Source: Acutalibacteraceae bacterium
GTDB taxonomy: Bacteria; Bacillota; Clostridia; Oscillospirales; Acutalibacteraceae
Direction of reading: 5' to 3'
DNA: 64,000 bases
NCBI GenBank assembly: GCA_045544675.1
Contig: JAZPZK010000069.1
Span: forward strand, 89 to 64,088
Shown: positions 55,143 through 62,641 of the stretch, in pieces
How positions within the stretch are numbered: the first letter of the stretch is position 1
Layout of the letters: each line of letters opens with the position of its first letter
Made by a program: the position numbers and the translations under genes
The notes under the pieces: generated by a model
Databases searched by the model: none
What the model was told of the DNA's origin: nothing
The model's input: only the letters and a program-made list of their open reading frames with translations

Positions 55143-56450
55143 TCAGAGAGATCTGTAAAGCTTAATCCAGTTATGTACCTTCTGAGGATCGTATTCCTCA
55201 GGCATTGTCTTGTTAGCAACAGGCATAAGAGGAAGATTCTTGAAGCATTTGAGCATATCAGGAAGTATGGGTGCAAGAGGCGGAGCCACAGCAGCAACAT
55301 GCATAAGATATTCAGGCTCAATGGTGAGAGGGAATCCGTCTGCAACGGCCATCTTCTCAGCGGTAAGAATTTCTTTTTCCATAACATAGTTGATGGTATT
55401 GCTGTCAATGTATGTAAAGAAATTTTTGAAAAGATCAAGAAGAATATAATCCTTACCGAAATCCTGATAGTACTTATACTGATAAGGCCAGAGAACACGG
55501 ATGGTAAGATCATTCTCTGCTGCAGCTTCTACTGTATCGGCAAGAATTTTACCTGCCTTCATACTAAGAGCAATACCGCTGCCGGTAAGAGGCACGGTCA
55601 TACCTGCGCTGTCACCTACGGCTGCATAACCGTTAGCAACAATAAGAGGAAGCATTCTGCTGATGGGGATTTTTTCAACGCCTGTGCCGCCGCGCAGCAC
55701 CTTGTCTCCTATATAAGGAAAATCGTTCTTGTATTTAGCAATAGCCGCATCAATTTCTTCTTCTGTAAGCTCACCGCTGTATTCGAACTTGCCGACGATG
55801 ATATCAACAAATTCCTTATTGGTGTTCATCCAGTCAATTCCGGGCTTGTCAAGATTAAAAAATGTAACAATATACTGAGGATCTGTAAGCTCACCGGTTT
55901 TGTTTTCGAAATAAATTCTGTAAACATCAAAAATACTGCGCTTATCAAACTCTCTGTCAATGCCGAAATGCTCGGGCAGCTGACTTCTGAGAGGTGAATT
56001 CATACCGCAGGCATCAATAACAAGATCCGCATTATAGGTAACTGTATTTTCTCCGTCGGTTGCAGTAAAACCTGTAACCCATGCACCTGCAATAAGGGGA
56101 GCAATGATTTTCTGACCGAAAACAACCTTAACACCGGATTTTTCGGCAATATCGATAAGATGGTTGATAAGAATCTTTCTATCAACATCAATACGGCAGG
56201 CATCAGGCATAATAACCTTTGTCCTTCCGTCGGGTGCAACATAAGCCATACGGTTTGAAGGCTCATATTCTGAGGGATAATCGATACCAACATAATCGAA
56301 GGTGTCACCGGGCATTGTATCGTGCCAGTCATAACCCATATCCTCCGGCTTCTTGCTTTCAACAACAGTTACATCATAGCCCTTTCTTGCAAGACATATA
56401 GCCGCTGCAAGTCCGCCGTGACCTGCACCGCCTACAACGATTTTTTTCAT
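55143..56450 (-). CDS. NAD(P)/FAD-dependent oxidoreductase (geranylgeranyl reductase-like family)
   Basis: N-terminal VVGGAGHGGLAAA dinucleotide-binding motif. 435 aa. Confidence 0.85.
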   Translation of the reverse strand: MKKIVVGGAGHGGLAAAICLARKGYDVTVVESKKPEDMGYDWHDTMPGDTFDYVGIDYPSEYEPSNRMAYVAPDGRTKVIMPDACRIDVDRKILINHLIDIAEKSGVKVVFGQKIIAPLIAGAWVTGFTATDGENTVTYNADLVIDACGMNSPLRSQLPEHFGIDREFDKRSIFDVYRIYFENKTGELTDPQYIVTFFNLDKPGIDWMNTNKEFVDIIVGKFEYSGELTEEEIDAAIAKYKNDFPYIGDKVLRGGTGVEKIPISRMLPLIVANGYAAVGDSAGMTVPLTGSGIALSMKAGKILADTVEAAAENDLTIRVLWPYQYKYYQDFGKDYILLDLFKNFFTYIDSNTINYVMEKEILTAEKMAVADGFPLTIEPEYLMHVAAVAPPLAPILPDMLKCFKNLPLMPVANKTMPEEYDPQKVHNWIKLYRSL

Positions 56451-56686
56451 ATTCCTTCTCCTTTGTTAAAATTTTTTATAATTTTTTAATAATTATAATC
56501 CGTTTTTTTACTGTTGTCAATATAAAATCCCTGTGTCGAAGCTGCAGATCAACAAGCTTGAATGTAAACACAGCTAAAGGAAAAATATATTGTCGAATTC
56601 CGTCAAAAAATATTGATTTAAAGCGAAAAACGTTGTAAACTAAAATAGTATGTGCATATCAGTAAATTTATTAAAAGGTGAACGAA

Positions 56687-57475
56687 TTGAAAAAGAAAAT
56701 TATAAGTCTTCTCATTATTCTTACAATATTTATATATCCCACAGTTAATCTTGTGAATGCGCTTACTGAGGCTTCCGAAGACAGTGCGGGCAGACTTACA
56801 CCGACGGATATTCTCACAAAGCTTTCAGAGTGCGATATAGTTGATGCAGAAAAGAATATAGAAGAAGCTGAAAAAAAACTGTCTGAAACTTTAGAGGAGG
56901 ACAGAATTGAGGATATACTGGACTCAATTGATAAGGGTGAACTCACTTACCGTAACATTTTCAAAAATGTGTGCATTGCCGGAGACTCGCTGATGAACGG
57001 TCTGGAGGCATACGATATTCTCAACAGCAACAACCTCATTACTCAGGTAAGTGCAAGCCTTTACCATCTTTCAGATAATTTATCCGCAATAATAAATATG
57101 CGGCCGAAGATACTGATTCTTCATTACGGGCTTAATCTAATAGACAATTCACCTACTCAGCCTGCAAGGTTTATCAGCTTCTATGAAAAGCTGATAAATG
57201 AACTCAAACAGGCTCTTCCCGAGTGCAGAATAATTGTAAGCAGCATATTCCCGGTTGATACAGATAAGGCTGCCGCAAAGCGCTTCAGACGCATCGGCGA
57301 ATACAACAATGCTCTGGAAGAAATGTGCAAAAAAACTAAGGTTGAATATCTTGATAACAGCTTTGTTTCAGCTGAATACGGTGATTGCTACGCCTATGAC
57401 GGAATTCATCTCAACCGACATTTTTATGAAAACGGATGGCTGAGACACATCGTTAAAGAAAAGGAGATTATCTGA
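56687..57475 (+). CDS. Secreted SGNH/GDSL hydrolase family protein
   Basis: GDS block IAGDSLMNG and DGIHLN block. AAGGTG RBS 6 nt before the TTG at 56687; the ORF track starts at the GTG at 56678. Confidence 0.85.
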   Translation: MKKKIISLLIILTIFIYPTVNLVNALTEASEDSAGRLTPTDILTKLSECDIVDAEKNIEEAEKKLSETLEEDRIEDILDSIDKGELTYRNIFKNVCIAGDSLMNGLEAYDILNSNNLITQVSASLYHLSDNLSAIINMRPKILILHYGLNLIDNSPTQPARFISFYEKLINELKQALPECRIIVSSIFPVDTDKAAAKRFRRIGEYNNALEEMCKKTKVEYLDNSFVSAEYGDCYAYDGIHLNRHFYENGWLRHIVKEKEII

Positions 57476-57948
57476 TGGATAAACTGCTTTTAAGATTAAG
57501 TGAAACAGTTGGCATACTTTTTCTTATTGCCTTCATAATCTTTGTATCGGGTGATGAAAAAATCAGTACAGCAGATCCCGAGGAGCTTTCTGCAAGCATA
57601 ATCAGCGTTACTGACACAGAAGGTCTTTCTGAACGTAACGGAATTTTTCTGAAAAAACAGTTTTCGGTTAACCCTGAAGAACTCGATTATTTTTGTTATT
57701 TCAGTTCAGATTCAGTTATGGACGTAAGAGAATATCTTATTGTAAAGGCTGACAAAAAGGTTTTACAGTCCCTGGAAAAATCAATTTCATCTGTTCTTGA
57801 AGAGAAACAGACTCTTTTCAGGGATTATGCACCTGAACAGAGTGCACTACTGGATTCAGGTGTTCTTATACATGAAAAAGGTTATCTTCTTTACGCTGTC
57901 GGAGAGGATTCCGATGCAGTTCTTTCTGAATTCAGGGATAATCTTTAA
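57475..57948 (+). CDS. DUF4358 domain protein
   Basis: TM anchor and a DUF4358-like core (MDVREYLIVKA...). The start overlaps the previous stop (TGATG). Confidence 0.75.
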   Translation: MDKLLLRLSETVGILFLIAFIIFVSGDEKISTADPEELSASIISVTDTEGLSERNGIFLKKQFSVNPEELDYFCYFSSDSVMDVREYLIVKADKKVLQSLEKSISSVLEEKQTLFRDYAPEQSALLDSGVLIHEKGYLLYAVGEDSDAVLSEFRDNL

Positions 57949-57963
57949 TCCGAGGTAAATAAT

Positions 57964-59388
57964 ATGGTTTTCAGCAGTTCAGTTTTTCTTTTTGCGTTTT
58001 TTCCGATTACGCTGGCGTTATATTTTATACCGGTCAGTCTTAAAAACAAGAAAAGAGAGCTTACAAAGAAAAATTTAATACTGTTACTCACAAGCCTCGT
58101 CTTTTATGCCTGGGGTGAGCCTGTGTATGTTTTGCTTATGCTTATCAGCATTTTCTTTAACTATGTGATAGGCATAGACATTCACCGCTGCAAGGCTGAA
58201 GACAGGATGTGTTCAGCTCGTGTGCTGTTTATTGTTGCTGTTGTTTTCAATCTTTTTGTTCTCGGGTATTTTAAGTATTCAGGCTTCATCATTGATAATA
58301 TCAACAGCGTTTTCGGCTTATCGGTTGAGAACAGACAGCTTCCTCTGCCTGTAGGTATTTCTTTTTACACCTTTCAGATACTTTCTTATGTGATTGATGT
58401 ATATAAAGGTAAGGTTAAAGCTCAGAAAAAATTTATACCCTTTGCCGCATATATCACAATGTTTCCTCAGCTTATAGCAGGACCTATTGTTCAGTATTCG
58501 GATATTGAAAAGCAACTTTCAGACCGCAAGGTAACATACGAACTTTTCTGTGACGGCGTTTTTTATTTCATCAAAGGTCTTGGCAAAAAGGTTCTTTTTG
58601 CTAATACTATCGGTAAGGTTTACACAGATATTCTTACCCTTGAGCTTTCAGAGCAGTCGATGGCAACTGCCTGGATAGGCATTATATGCTACAGTCTGCA
58701 GATATATTTTGATTTCAGCGGATATTCAGATATGGCAGTCGGCCTTGGCAAAATGATGGGCTTTGAATTTGTAAGAAACTTTAATTTCCCATACAGAGCC
58801 ACCAGTATAACCGATTTTTGGAGAAGATGGCATATCAGCCTGAGCTCCTGGTTCAGAGATTATGTCTATATCCCCCTCGGAGGCAACCGTAAAGGTACAG
58901 CCAGAACTATATTCAATATTCTTGTTGTATGGTCGCTTACAGGTATGTGGCACGGAGCATCCTGGAATTTTATTGCCTGGGGCGGTCTTTACGGAGTGTT
59001 ACTTATTGCAGAAAAATATTTATTTAAAAATGTGCTTAAAAAGATTCCGGTGGCTGTAAAGCATATAATCACAATGATAATTGTTATGGTTGGCTGGGTA
59101 TTCTTCTCAAACGAGAACATTGCAGATGCGTTCACTTATCTCGGCTCGATGTTTGGTGTTTACAGTAATCATGTAATTGACAGCAATGCACTTTATCTTC
59201 TTAAGTCATACGGATTTCCGATTTTTGTAATGTCACTGTGCTCCTTCGGATTCTTTGATGATATTGCTATTAAGAAAAAGGAACGTATAACGGTTTTAAA
59301 AGCAATATTTTACTTTGTTGTATTTGTTCTTTCGATTGCATTTCTTCTCAGCGAAACCTACAACCCGTTTTTATATTTCAGATTTTAA
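57964..59388 (+). CDS. MBOAT family O-acyltransferase (AlgI/DltB-like)
   Basis: Polytopic. Conserved WRRWHISLSSWFRDYVYIPLGG and MWHGASW His motifs. Confidence 0.92.
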   Translation: MVFSSSVFLFAFFPITLALYFIPVSLKNKKRELTKKNLILLLTSLVFYAWGEPVYVLLMLISIFFNYVIGIDIHRCKAEDRMCSARVLFIVAVVFNLFVLGYFKYSGFIIDNINSVFGLSVENRQLPLPVGISFYTFQILSYVIDVYKGKVKAQKKFIPFAAYITMFPQLIAGPIVQYSDIEKQLSDRKVTYELFCDGVFYFIKGLGKKVLFANTIGKVYTDILTLELSEQSMATAWIGIICYSLQIYFDFSGYSDMAVGLGKMMGFEFVRNFNFPYRATSITDFWRRWHISLSSWFRDYVYIPLGGNRKGTARTIFNILVVWSLTGMWHGASWNFIAWGGLYGVLLIAEKYLFKNVLKKIPVAVKHIITMIIVMVGWVFFSNENIADAFTYLGSMFGVYSNHVIDSNALYLLKSYGFPIFVMSLCSFGFFDDIAIKKKERITVLKAIFYFVVFVLSIAFLLSETYNPFLYFRF

Positions 59389-59400
59389 AGGATGAAACTT

Positions 59401-60585
59401 ATGGAAAAAGAAAAAGAATTTGCTGCTGATTGTAAAAATACAAAGAATCGGCGCGCCTTTATATGCATAACGGTTATAATTCTGTTCACCGTCCTTACTG
59501 CAGGTCTTGGAATTATGGGAGTAGTATGCCCTGACCGTGAATTTTCAGAAGCAGAAAACAGAGTTCTTGCAAAACCGCCTGTTCTGAGCTTCTCTTCGCT
59601 TACCGACGGAACATTCATGACAGAACTTGAAGATTATCTTGCAGATCAGTTTCCTCTAAGAGACAGTGCAATCTCACTAAAAACTGCATTTGACCGTATA
59701 ATGGGCAAACGAGAAGAAAACGGTGTTTACATCGGCAAAAACGGCTTTCTTTTCGACTTTCAGACTGTTTTCGACGAAAGTCTCGTCAGTGAAAAAACCG
59801 CTCTTATAAGCGAGTTTTCAAAAAACAATAAAAAAGCGAAGCAGATTATTGCTATAATACCTAACAGCACCTTTATGTATGAAGAGCTTCTTCCTTACGG
59901 TGTTGATTTACCCGATCAGCAGAATCAGATTCAAAAGATATATTCGAGCCTTGAAGGTAAAAATCTTTTTGCTCTTGACAGCGTGCCGACACTTAACTTT
60001 CTGAAAGATGAAAATACTCTTTTATACTATAAAACAGACCACCATTGGACAACAGAAGCTGCATTCGGGGTATTTAGCGAAATAGGTAAGAAATGGAAGC
60101 TGGACAAAGAGGTAAAATACGAATTTTATTCTGTCACCGACAACTTTGAAGGAACACTTGCCTCCACATCCGGTATGCATGACTCTGAAGATAAAATCAG
60201 TATATGCATACCTGAAAACTCAGAAGGCAGTTATGTGGTGAATTACGAAGCAGAGAAAAGAAAAACAGCTAGCCTTTTTGACGGGGAAAAGCTTGAACAA
60301 AAAAACAAATATGAGGTTTTTCTTTCAGGTAACTTCGGTAAGATAAGCATTAAAACTACGGCACAGAATACAGATAAGCTCCTTATAATAAAGGATTCCT
60401 ATGCCAATTGTATGATACCGATGTTTACACCGCATTTTTCTGAAATCGTTATAGTTGATCCGAGATATATGACAGATAGCATTGAGTCTGTTATGAGTGA
60501 ATACAACTTTACACATATTCTGTTTCTTTATAATCTCAACACTTTCCTTGAGGACACCACTCTTACAGATGCATTGACGAAATAA
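59401..60585 (+). CDS. DHHW family protein (AlgJ/AlgX-like partner of MBOAT)
   Basis: YYKTDHHWT motif and a TM anchor. ATG at 59401 has better RBS spacing than 59392. Confidence 0.88.
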   Translation: MEKEKEFAADCKNTKNRRAFICITVIILFTVLTAGLGIMGVVCPDREFSEAENRVLAKPPVLSFSSLTDGTFMTELEDYLADQFPLRDSAISLKTAFDRIMGKREENGVYIGKNGFLFDFQTVFDESLVSEKTALISEFSKNNKKAKQIIAIIPNSTFMYEELLPYGVDLPDQQNQIQKIYSSLEGKNLFALDSVPTLNFLKDENTLLYYKTDHHWTTEAAFGVFSEIGKKWKLDKEVKYEFYSVTDNFEGTLASTSGMHDSEDKISICIPENSEGSYVVNYEAEKRKTASLFDGEKLEQKNKYEVFLSGNFGKISIKTTAQNTDKLLIIKDSYANCMIPMFTPHFSEIVIVDPRYMTDSIESVMSEYNFTHILFLYNLNTFLEDTTLTDALTK

Positions 60586-60620
60586 ATTAAAAAAATTATC
60601 AAAAACCACCGAAAAAAGTA

Positions 60621-60649
60621 TTGACATTTCCTTTCTTCGGTGGTATAGT
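60621..60649 (+). promoter_or_regulatory. Sigma-A promoter of tRNA-Leu copy B
   Basis: TTGACA, 17 nt, TATAGT, with an upstream TG. Identical to copy A. Confidence 0.7.
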
Positions 60650-60680
60650 ATACAAGCACCCGAGACAGTGAAGGTAATAT

Positions 60681-60765
60681 GCGAGAGTGGCGGAATCGGC
60701 AGACGCGCACGTTTGAGGGGCGTGTGGGGCAGCTCGTACGGGTTCAAGTCCCGTCTCTCGCACCA
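60681..60765 (+). tRNA. tRNA-Leu(GAG), copy B, identical to copy A
   Basis: The 85-nt sequence is identical to the reverse complement of 53013-53097. Confidence 0.93.
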
Positions 60766-60767
60766 TA

Positions 60768-60812
60768 TTGAGTATTCATAAGGAATTTGACCTGTGAATA
60801 CTCAATTTTTTT
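60768..60812 (+). terminator. Intrinsic terminator after tRNA-Leu copy B
   Basis: ttgagtattca...tgaatactcaa followed by TTTTTTT. Confidence 0.8.
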
Positions 60813-61057
60813 GCTTAAAATAGAGTTTTGTAAATATTTTAATAGTTTTTATGTATATCAAAACCGCCCCTAATAGTAATGGTAATAAGCACTCCAAAAA
60901 TGTTCCTGAATTTTAAAAATATTTAACGAGCCGAAGAAGAAATGCGATGTTTCATCAGCTTTTCGCTTTAAACCAAACCGCCTTATATACTTAAAGTTAC
61001 TACTAACTTAATTAAAGAATATATTTTCTCTTTTCGGCTGGTATATAAATTTCAGTA

Positions 61058-61132
61058 TTAACCCAATGTGATGCTTGCATCCTTTGGCGGACACTTTGAA
61101 ATAATAATGCTGTCAAATATTTTATTATTCAT
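61058..61132 (-). CDS. Candidate mini-ORF, 24 aa (MNNKIFDSIIISKCPPKDASITLG)
   Basis: AGGA 8 nt upstream of the ATG. Immediately follows the 22-aa mini-ORF. No homology assessed. Confidence 0.2.
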   Translation of the reverse strand: MNNKIFDSIIISKCPPKDASITLG

Positions 61133-61157
61133 TTATCTATTCCTTTCATTTCTGTTT

Positions 61158-61226
61158 TTAATAATTGGCTCTTGTGCTTTGTGTATGAGTAACCACTCTT
61201 GCTACACTGTAATTCTTCTTTGACAT
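61158..61226 (-). CDS. Candidate mini-ORF, 22 aa (MSKKNYSVARVVTHTQSTRANY)
   Basis: Strong AAGGAGG RBS 9 nt upstream of the ATG, in an otherwise ORF-free region. Confidence 0.3.
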   Translation of the reverse strand: MSKKNYSVARVVTHTQSTRANY

Positions 61227-61564
61227 AGGTTTTAACCTCCTTTCTGCATTACTGCTTTATTTGTTCCGCTGACTTTCGTTGAAAGTGCGTAACCCACTAT
61301 GACACTTTCACGCCTTCACCGTGCAAAGATGCCAGTGGGGGCCTCACGGGACACGTCCCCCTTTGTCAGCTTCGCTGACTTTTCCCCCACACTGTGGGGG
61401 AATCTTCTGCGAGGCTCATAAACTAAAGTTTCTCGCTTATCAAGGGAGCGACAAACTTTAGTTGCGGTGTATACCGCAGACGAGCTTCGCTATGTAAGGG
61501 TGGCTGTAGTATCCTTTATACCAAGATGCTTTTGTGGGGGCAGTTATTAAATAACAAGGTTATG

Positions 61565-61594
61565 TTGAAACTTGTGGCTGAGTTGTGGTATAAT
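61565..61594 (+). promoter_or_regulatory. Sigma-A promoter with extended -10 for the NUDIX gene
   Basis: TTGAAA, 18 nt, TGgTATAAT. Confidence 0.65.
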
Positions 61595-61631
61595 CATTTT
61601 AACAAACAAGAGTTTATGGAGATGTAAAAAA

Positions 61632-62066
61632 ATGTTGGAAGTTAAATTTTATAAACAAGTAGCAGATGAACTTTTGAAGTTTGCAGTTATTATTTCGAAA
61701 ACAAATGGTAAATGGGTATTTTGTAAGCATAAAGAAAGAAATACTTATGAAGTCCCTGGAGGTCATAGAGAGGAAAATGAAAATATTTTAGAAACTGCAA
61801 AAAGAGAGTTAAAAGAAGAAACAGGTGCCTTAGATTTCAATATTTCTCCCATTTGTGTTTATTCTGTCACAGGCAAAAACAAGGTGAATGAAACAGGTGA
61901 AGAAACCTATGGTATGTTGTTTTTTGCAGATATTAAAACTTTTGAGAATGAATTACATAGTGAAATGGAAAAAGTCTTTATTACAGATACATTAGTGGAA
62001 AATTGGACATATCCTTTAATTCAACCAAAGTTGGTTGAAGAAGCAAAGCTAAGAGGATTTATATAA
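61632..62066 (+). CDS. NUDIX hydrolase
   Basis: Nudix box GGHREENENILETAKRELKEETGA. GGAGA RBS before the ATG at 61632. Confidence 0.88.
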   Translation: MLEVKFYKQVADELLKFAVIISKTNGKWVFCKHKERNTYEVPGGHREENENILETAKRELKEETGALDFNISPICVYSVTGKNKVNETGEETYGMLFFADIKTFENELHSEMEKVFITDTLVENWTYPLIQPKLVEEAKLRGFI

Positions 62067-62284
62067 CTTTTAGGTTGTCGAACTGAATATTTTTATTGCC
62101 CTCACATTTGTGGAGGCAGTTTTTATATATCCCCTTAAAGCAATGGGAATAAGCATCACATAATTGTTCCTGATTTTCAGAAAAATTTTTTGCAAACAAA
62201 AAAGCCGTCACATAGACAGCACAAATAGCGGGAGGACATTTCATCCTCTCGCACAGTTTGCACTGAAACTATGTAACGGCTTAA

Positions 62285-62569
62285 ATTTTAAGCACTGATT
62301 GTCCTTATGTAATCCTTGATGAGCCGAGTGCAAACCTTGACCCGGTTGCCGAGTATAATCTCAATCAGGCAATGCTCAGTGCGGCGGAACATAAAACAGT
62401 TATCTTCATTTCCCACCGTCTTTCCACAACGGTCAACGCCGACAGAATTTACGTTATGGAAAAGGGAGAAATCATTGAAAGCGGCTCTCACAGTGAGCTT
62501 ATGGCAAAGGGCGGCACCTATGCTTATATGTTTAATCTTCAGGCGGAAAAATACAGAGATAATCAATAG
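62285..62569 (+). pseudogene. 5'-truncated remnant of an ABC exporter ATPase gene (last ~94 codons only)
   Basis: The in-frame translation starts right after a stop, with ...VILDEPSANLD (Walker B), FISHRLST (H-loop) and the C-terminus. No Walker A, signature motif or TMD lies upstream. Confidence 0.8.
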
Positions 62570-62595
62570 TCGATGTCTTACATTTTTTGATAAAT

Positions 62596-62632
62596 AAAAA
62601 GGCAGAGGATTTCTCCTCTGCCTTTTTATTTT
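62596..62632. terminator. Bidirectional terminator
   Basis: ggcagagga-tttc-tcctctgcc flanked by an A-run and a T-run. Confidence 0.8.
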
Positions 62633-62641
62633 ATATAAGCT

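Noticed and set aside
60325-60747. Track ORF of 140 aa on the minus strand
   Set aside because: It is antisense to the DHHW gene end and overlaps the tRNA-Leu copy B promoter and tRNA body. It is an artefact.
61346-61357. acgggacacgtc shared with the junction of the tRNA-Leu fragment at 52810-52821, as evidence that the 61.3-kb hairpin region is homologous to the fragment array
   Set aside because: By a rough back-of-envelope estimate, many 12-mer coincidences are expected by chance within a 64-kb window read on both strands. The surrounding similarity is patchy.
62246-62254. ctctcgcac, a 9-nt match to the tRNA-Leu 3' acceptor strand, as a distal att site that would define a 1.5-kb islet after copy B
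   Set aside because: Nine nucleotides is too short to distinguish from chance, and the flanking bases do not match. It is noted only as a weak hint.
52500-62640. A prophage or integrative element with a recombinase
   Set aside because: Despite att-like tRNA scars, no integrase, transposase, or phage structural or replication genes are present in the window.
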